Source: Octopus vulgaris (lineage: Eukaryota). Taken from it: DNA of 64,000 bases. The notes under the pieces were generated by a model. The model saw only the letters and a program-made list of their open reading frames with translations. It searched no databases and had not been told where the DNA came from. The position numbers and the translations under genes are program-made. Shown here one piece after another: positions 59,095 through 64,000 of this stretch (the stretch's first letter is position 1; every line of letters begins with the position of its first letter). The stretch lies in NCBI GenBank assembly GCA_951406725.2, contig OX597814.1, positions 151,342,001-151,406,000 on the forward strand. Reading direction: 5' to 3'.

Positions 59095-59313
59095 GATACT
59101 AACCCGGCTGAAACTGCCTCTGGCTTTCTTGTAAAAATGTCTTGTTTTCAAAAGTTTTGAATTTAAATCTTCCACCAAACCTTAGTCACAATTTATGTTC
59201 CTAACACTAGCTTAATGATAACAAAGTTATTTTACTAAATTCTTTGCTATATTTAAAATTAATTGAAAGAAACACAGAGTATCTCAAAATAAATACGGCA
59301 ATGAAAGAGTTAA
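59095..59313. mobile_element. Probable TTAA-ended MITE, left end missing
   Basis: Ends GGCAATGAAAGAGTTAA. Resemblance to a common piggyBac-like short repeat is recalled only. Confidence 0.4.
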
Positions 59314-60145
59314 TGAATGAAAATGAAATAAAATGAATAAATGAGAAACGAAACCCGACACCCACCGATTGGATTTTTCTCGAAAACATATTTTCTTGAG
59401 ACAAGAAATACTCGCCATACAACAGGACTTGGGGTCCCTACATTGGCTAATACAGACATATGCGGATCTACAAAAATTAAATTTGGTAGACAATCATTCT
59501 TGGTACCGGGAAATTTCTGATGACGGTGACGATTCAAATATACGGAAAAGTTACACAATGCATTTAATAACAAAAGTAATTCGAGTAGATTTTATCTACC
59601 ATTACTTCCTTTTGAGCGTAACAGATTTGACTAATGGTTTTAATATTAATTATAGACCTATAAATACTGAGATTCTAAGATAAAAGCGTTTATAGTATAA
59701 AATTTAACATTTAGAATATTTAACGGTTGACGAGATATTTAGATGTTAGAGTAAAAGTGAAAATAAAAGGGATGTAGTAAGAAAACTGTGAGATAATAAA
59801 TCATGTATGGAGAAATACAAAAAGATATGCAATATGGCAGTGGATACCTGATATTTGTAATCAGCGTCTGTGTTCTGTCTATTTCTATGTATATTGATCA
59901 AGCTTAGTCTAGTTAGCTGAATAAATAATACTATCAAAATCATAACATATCCATTGCTTTCATTAGTCAGTTTTAAAGAATAGATCTACTCTTACGCTGC
60001 AGTTTCCAGCAACTTCAAATATTACATCTTATTAGAGGGAACGTTTTGTTTATTAATTGCATGGTCAAACTCAGTTAACGGAAGTTTTTACGACTCACTA
60101 TATTACATATGTTAGGCGCTACCATGTATAAGGAGAGCAGAACAG

Positions 60146-60215
<70 letters not shown>

Positions 60216-60576
60216 TTGAGAAACATAAAGACGGAACGAAGAAGAGAAAAAAAAAATGAAGGTTAGCAGAAGATAAAAAAGAAAGAAAGAAAAAGAAAGG
60301 AAGAAATGGTAAGAGTTAGAACATTTACTGGGCTAAGCTAGTTACAACTAGAAAAAGTTTGTTTATTAGAGAGGATTATGAAAGTGAAAAAGCCAGTGCA
60401 AAGCTTGTGATTACATCAGTAGTTGACGGAATAGGAAGAAAAAGAGGCATTGATGTAAAAAAAAAAAATGAGAAGAAACGAATAAATATGCGAGTGTTGA
60501 AAAAGGAAGAAAGAGCAAGTTATACTGATATAAATAAAAAAAGAAGACAAGAGTACATGAGGGAGAGACAGATATA

Positions 60577-61426
60577 CTTATTTCTTTATTGCCCACGCGG
60601 GGCTAAACATTGGGGAGACAAACAAGGACAGACAGACGGATTAAGTCGATTACATCGACATCAGTGCGTAACTGGTACTTATTTAATCGACCCCGAAAGG
60701 ATGAAAGGCAAAGTCGACCTCGGCAGAATTTGAACTCAAAGCATAAAGACAGACGAAATACTGTAACGGATTTCACCCGTGCTAACGGTTCATATTTCTT
60801 TATTGCCCGCTAGGGGCTAACATAGAGGGGTCAAACAAGGACAGACAAAGGGATTAAGTCGATTACATCGACCCCAGTGCGTAACTGGTACTTATTTTAT
60901 CGAACCCGAAAGGAGGAAAGGCAAAGTCGACCTCGGCGGAATTTGAACTCAGAACGTAGCGGCAGACGAAATACCTATTTCTTTACTACCCACAAGGGGC
61001 TAAACACAGAGGAGACAAACAAGGACAGACAGACGGATTAAGTCCATTATATCGACCCCAGTGTGTAACTGGTACTTACTTAATCGACCCCGAAAGGATG
61101 AAAGACAAAGTCGACCTCGGTGGAATTTGAACTCAGAATGTAACGGCAGACGAAATACCGCTAAGAATTTCGCCCGGCGTGCAAACGTTTCTTATTTCTT
61201 TATTGCCCACAAGGAGTTAAACATAGAGGGGACAAACAGGGACGGACAAAGGGATTTAGTCGATAGCATCGACCCCAGTGCGTAACTGGTACTAAATTTA
61301 TCGACCCCGAAAGGATGAAAGGCAAAGTCGACCTCGGTGAAATTTGAACTCAGAACGTAGCGGCAGACGAAATACCGCTAAGAATTTAGCCCGGCGTGCT
61401 AACGTTTCTGCCAGCTCGCCGCCTTA
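60577..61426 (-). mobile_element. SINE family 2 tetramer within one TSD
   Basis: Four units; 14-bp TSD GAGAGACAGATATA at 60563-60576 and 61427-61440. Confidence 0.92.
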
Positions 61427-62107
61427 GAGAGACAGATATATTGGCAGCACAGCGAAAACAGCTGATAGATATATGAACAGAATAAGGCATTAAGGCAGAT
61501 AAGATTGACGTCAATACAACTCAATAAAAACACATACCTTCCTTTCTAGCTACCGACAAATTTAAGGTATGCGTTTATCATATCGTTTGTAATTAGTACA
61601 GCTGAAATGAGACACAATCGTTTCTGTAATTACACTGAGATATTATCTATCTATAACGATAGCCATAAGCGCGTTCCAGAAAAATAGCAATACTAAACTG
61701 TGAGGCATATTAAAACTGCCATTTTTAATAACCTTCTATTATAATTTCTTATATTAACGTGATAACTGTTATTGTAATTATAAAGAGTTGTATTTCATGG
61801 AGCTGAACGTAGTCGTTTGGTTTGCAAGAGATAGTAACCAAATACCCTGCAAATTACACCCGTTTGCTTTAAGAGAGAGAGAGGGGGGAGGGAGAGAGAG
61901 AAGGAGAGAGAGGGAGAGAGAGAGGGGGAGAGAGGGAGAGAGAATAAAGAACGTACGGCATATTGTTTAACGCTGGTCATAGATATATGTCTGAAGAAAA
62001 GACAGGATGGTCACTGCTGGATTACTTTCGACTATAGGCGTACTTGATGAATATAGAATTAAACAACAATAACAAGCACAACCGCTGCCACCACCACCAC
62101 CACCACC

Positions 62108-62139
<32 letters not shown>

Positions 62140-62161
62140 CAACAGCAGCAGCAATAACAAC

Positions 62162-62345
62162 AGCCGTTCAAGAATTTGGACCTGGAGATCTCCATTCTCA
62201 GCGACTTCGAGGGCCACCTCCCAGTGGTGTCGGGTGTCAACGAAGAGCTCTCGGCTACAACAAAATGACCAACTTTTTTTTTCCCCGCCCCTAAGCCCTA
62301 GACCATCACCTAATCACCCTTACCAGTCTTGTTGCTTAACAACAA
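62162..62345 (+). mobile_element. Short (CAA)n-tailed retroposon, copy 2
   Basis: Homologous to 35691-35893; sits within (CCA)n/(CAA)n. Confidence 0.8.
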
Positions 62346-62780
62346 CAACAACAACAACCACCGCCGCCACCACCACCACCACCACCACCAACAACAACAA
62401 CAACTACATAACTACAACAACCAAAACAACAGGAGAAGTAGCAATAACTACGGTGATAGCAACAACGATGGCGATAGCAACAACGATAGCAACAACGATG
62501 GCGATAGCAACAACGATAACGATAGCAACAACGATAACGATAGCAACAACGACGACGATAACGACAATAACAACAATAACAGTAAAAACCTTTCAAATAA
62601 TACACTGAAACTCAAGTTTCTCTCTTTCCGCTCTCATCTTTCGCTTGAAGTGATACTGGATAATGAGAGCTTTATTGGAAATTTACTGAAAACAAAAAAA
62701 AAAAAAAGACCTGATTTTAAAAGTTGCGACCGCACCTCATTCACTCGCTTACCACACTAAAACAATAGTAATAGTAGTTA

Positions 62781-63311
62781 CTAGCAGTATCGCCCGGCGT
62801 TGCTCGGGTTTGTAAGGGAAATAACTATATAAGCATTTTTAGAGAGTTATAGCAAAAAAATGCATTAAAAATGGAATAAAAAATGATGATAATTTTTTTT
62901 TTAATCGTTGACTCAGTGTCTTCAAGCCATGAAGTCGTTGTTCTAAAAGAACGCTGGTCTCCTTGACAACGCTTTACGATGTTGATTTCCTTACACTCCC
63001 TTCCCCACAGCTTCACGAGGGAGGGAAGAAGGGGGAGAAGCAAACAGGTGCAGGTATGACCATGGACGCCAACTCCGCCGCCATCGACACACGAAAAATT
63101 ATGCATTAAAATGGAATAAAAAATGATGTTAAATTATTTTTAAAATCGTAGACTCATCGTTGACGCGCGCTAATAGCCAGACGGGCTCGATATGAATCAC
63201 GACTATAAGATACCCGAATTTGGTTAAACTGCACCGCAAAATGTGGGAGTAGTTAGGAATCTAAATCGTAGGAGACAGACACTCACACAACTACAGTTTT
63301 ATATATATAGA
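62781..63311 (-). mobile_element. Non-autonomous Helitron
   Basis: Minus strand: A|TCTATATATATAAAACTG ... hairpin CCCGAGCAACGCCGGG ... CTAG|T, no TSD. Internal ~55-bp duplication (62861 / 63102). Confidence 0.85.
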
Positions 63312-63442
63312 TATTAGTTTCTCAAGATATACTTTCAAAATATAAGCTTCTCGAGAAGCTGGTGAGTTTCTAGAGTTGTTAGGGTGTCTGATGAAATTCC
63401 TTGCGGTGTTTCCTTTACAACTCTCTTTTATTAAATGTTTCT

Positions 63443-64000
63443 GGAGAAGGTGCGTGGCTTAGAGGCTAGGATATTCGGCTCACGATCGTAAGGGTGTGAG
63501 TTCGATTACCGGCGCCGCCGCGTTGTGTAATCGTGCAAAGCACTTTATTTTACGTTGCAACAATCCACTCAGTTGTACCTGTAACTGAAGGGGTTAGCTT
63601 TGTCACATTCTATGTCGCGCTGTACCTCTCTGAAAGGAAGGCGGCGAGCTGGCAGAACCGTTAGCACCCCGGGCGAAATGCTTAGTGGTATTTCGTCTGC
63701 CGTTACGTTCTGAGTTCAAATTCCACCGTGGTCGACTTTGCCTTTCATCCGTTTGTCTGTCCTTGTTTGTCTCCTCTATGTTTAGCCCCTTGTGGGTAAT
63801 AAAGAAACCAATATTATTAGTTGGCCCGGAGTTGTACTAGAAGGCATTTATCAATGGTACCATACAGTGTGACTGAACCCAAAGCCATATGACTGCGCAG
63901 CGAACTTCTTAACCACTCAATCATGCCTTTGCCTGCATGTTCTGGTCCCACGACTTGGTAGTAGAGGCTCGTGGCTTAGGGGTATTGGACTCATGATCGT
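63443..64000 (+). mobile_element. Cluster of SINE fragments (family 3 at 63443-63633, deleted family 2 at 63641-63808, family 3 head at the window end)
   Basis: Recognisable heads and A/B boxes. Confidence 0.7.

Noticed and set aside
59510-59575. CTGATGA...GAAA hammerhead-like core
   Set aside because: No stem I partner and no stem III with NUH.
60577-61426. Regularly spaced repeats suggestive of a CRISPR array
   Set aside because: Whole ~180-bp units repeat with no unique spacers, there are no cas genes, and the context is eukaryotic.
63385-63420. CTGATGA motif
   Set aside because: No matching GAAA or stems.

Overview
Eukaryotic, AT-rich, repeat-saturated genomic DNA with no recognisable host protein-coding exon. 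The SINE families and microsatellite load look like an Octopus (coleoid cephalopod) genome; this is recalled similarity, not a database result. The window holds three tRNA-headed SINE families (about 25 copies) and decayed LINEs of the CRE, R4/Dong, CR1, RTE and Tx1 clades. It also holds Tc1, mariner, Tigger/pogo, hAT and MULE elements or MITEs, two non-autonomous Helitrons, and many microsatellites. Bases 1-5265 are repeated at 12805-18035 across a 100-N gap, probably an assembly artefact. The best signals are self-cleaving RNA candidates. (1) A young, non-coding ~491-nt unit at 37556-38592 carries a complete type I hammerhead ribozyme with a long stem II. It sits in (TA)n as a 1.3-mer plus an inverted copy, resembling a retrozyme. 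(2) Four motifs in two unrelated Penelope-like repeat families have the hammerhead core blocks in a scrambled order (NUH ... GAAA ... CUGANGA), with near-identical spacing and compensating stems I and III. Coordinates were read by eye; degenerate element ends are approximate to tens of bp. Most ORFs in the supplied track are microsatellite or SINE artefacts.
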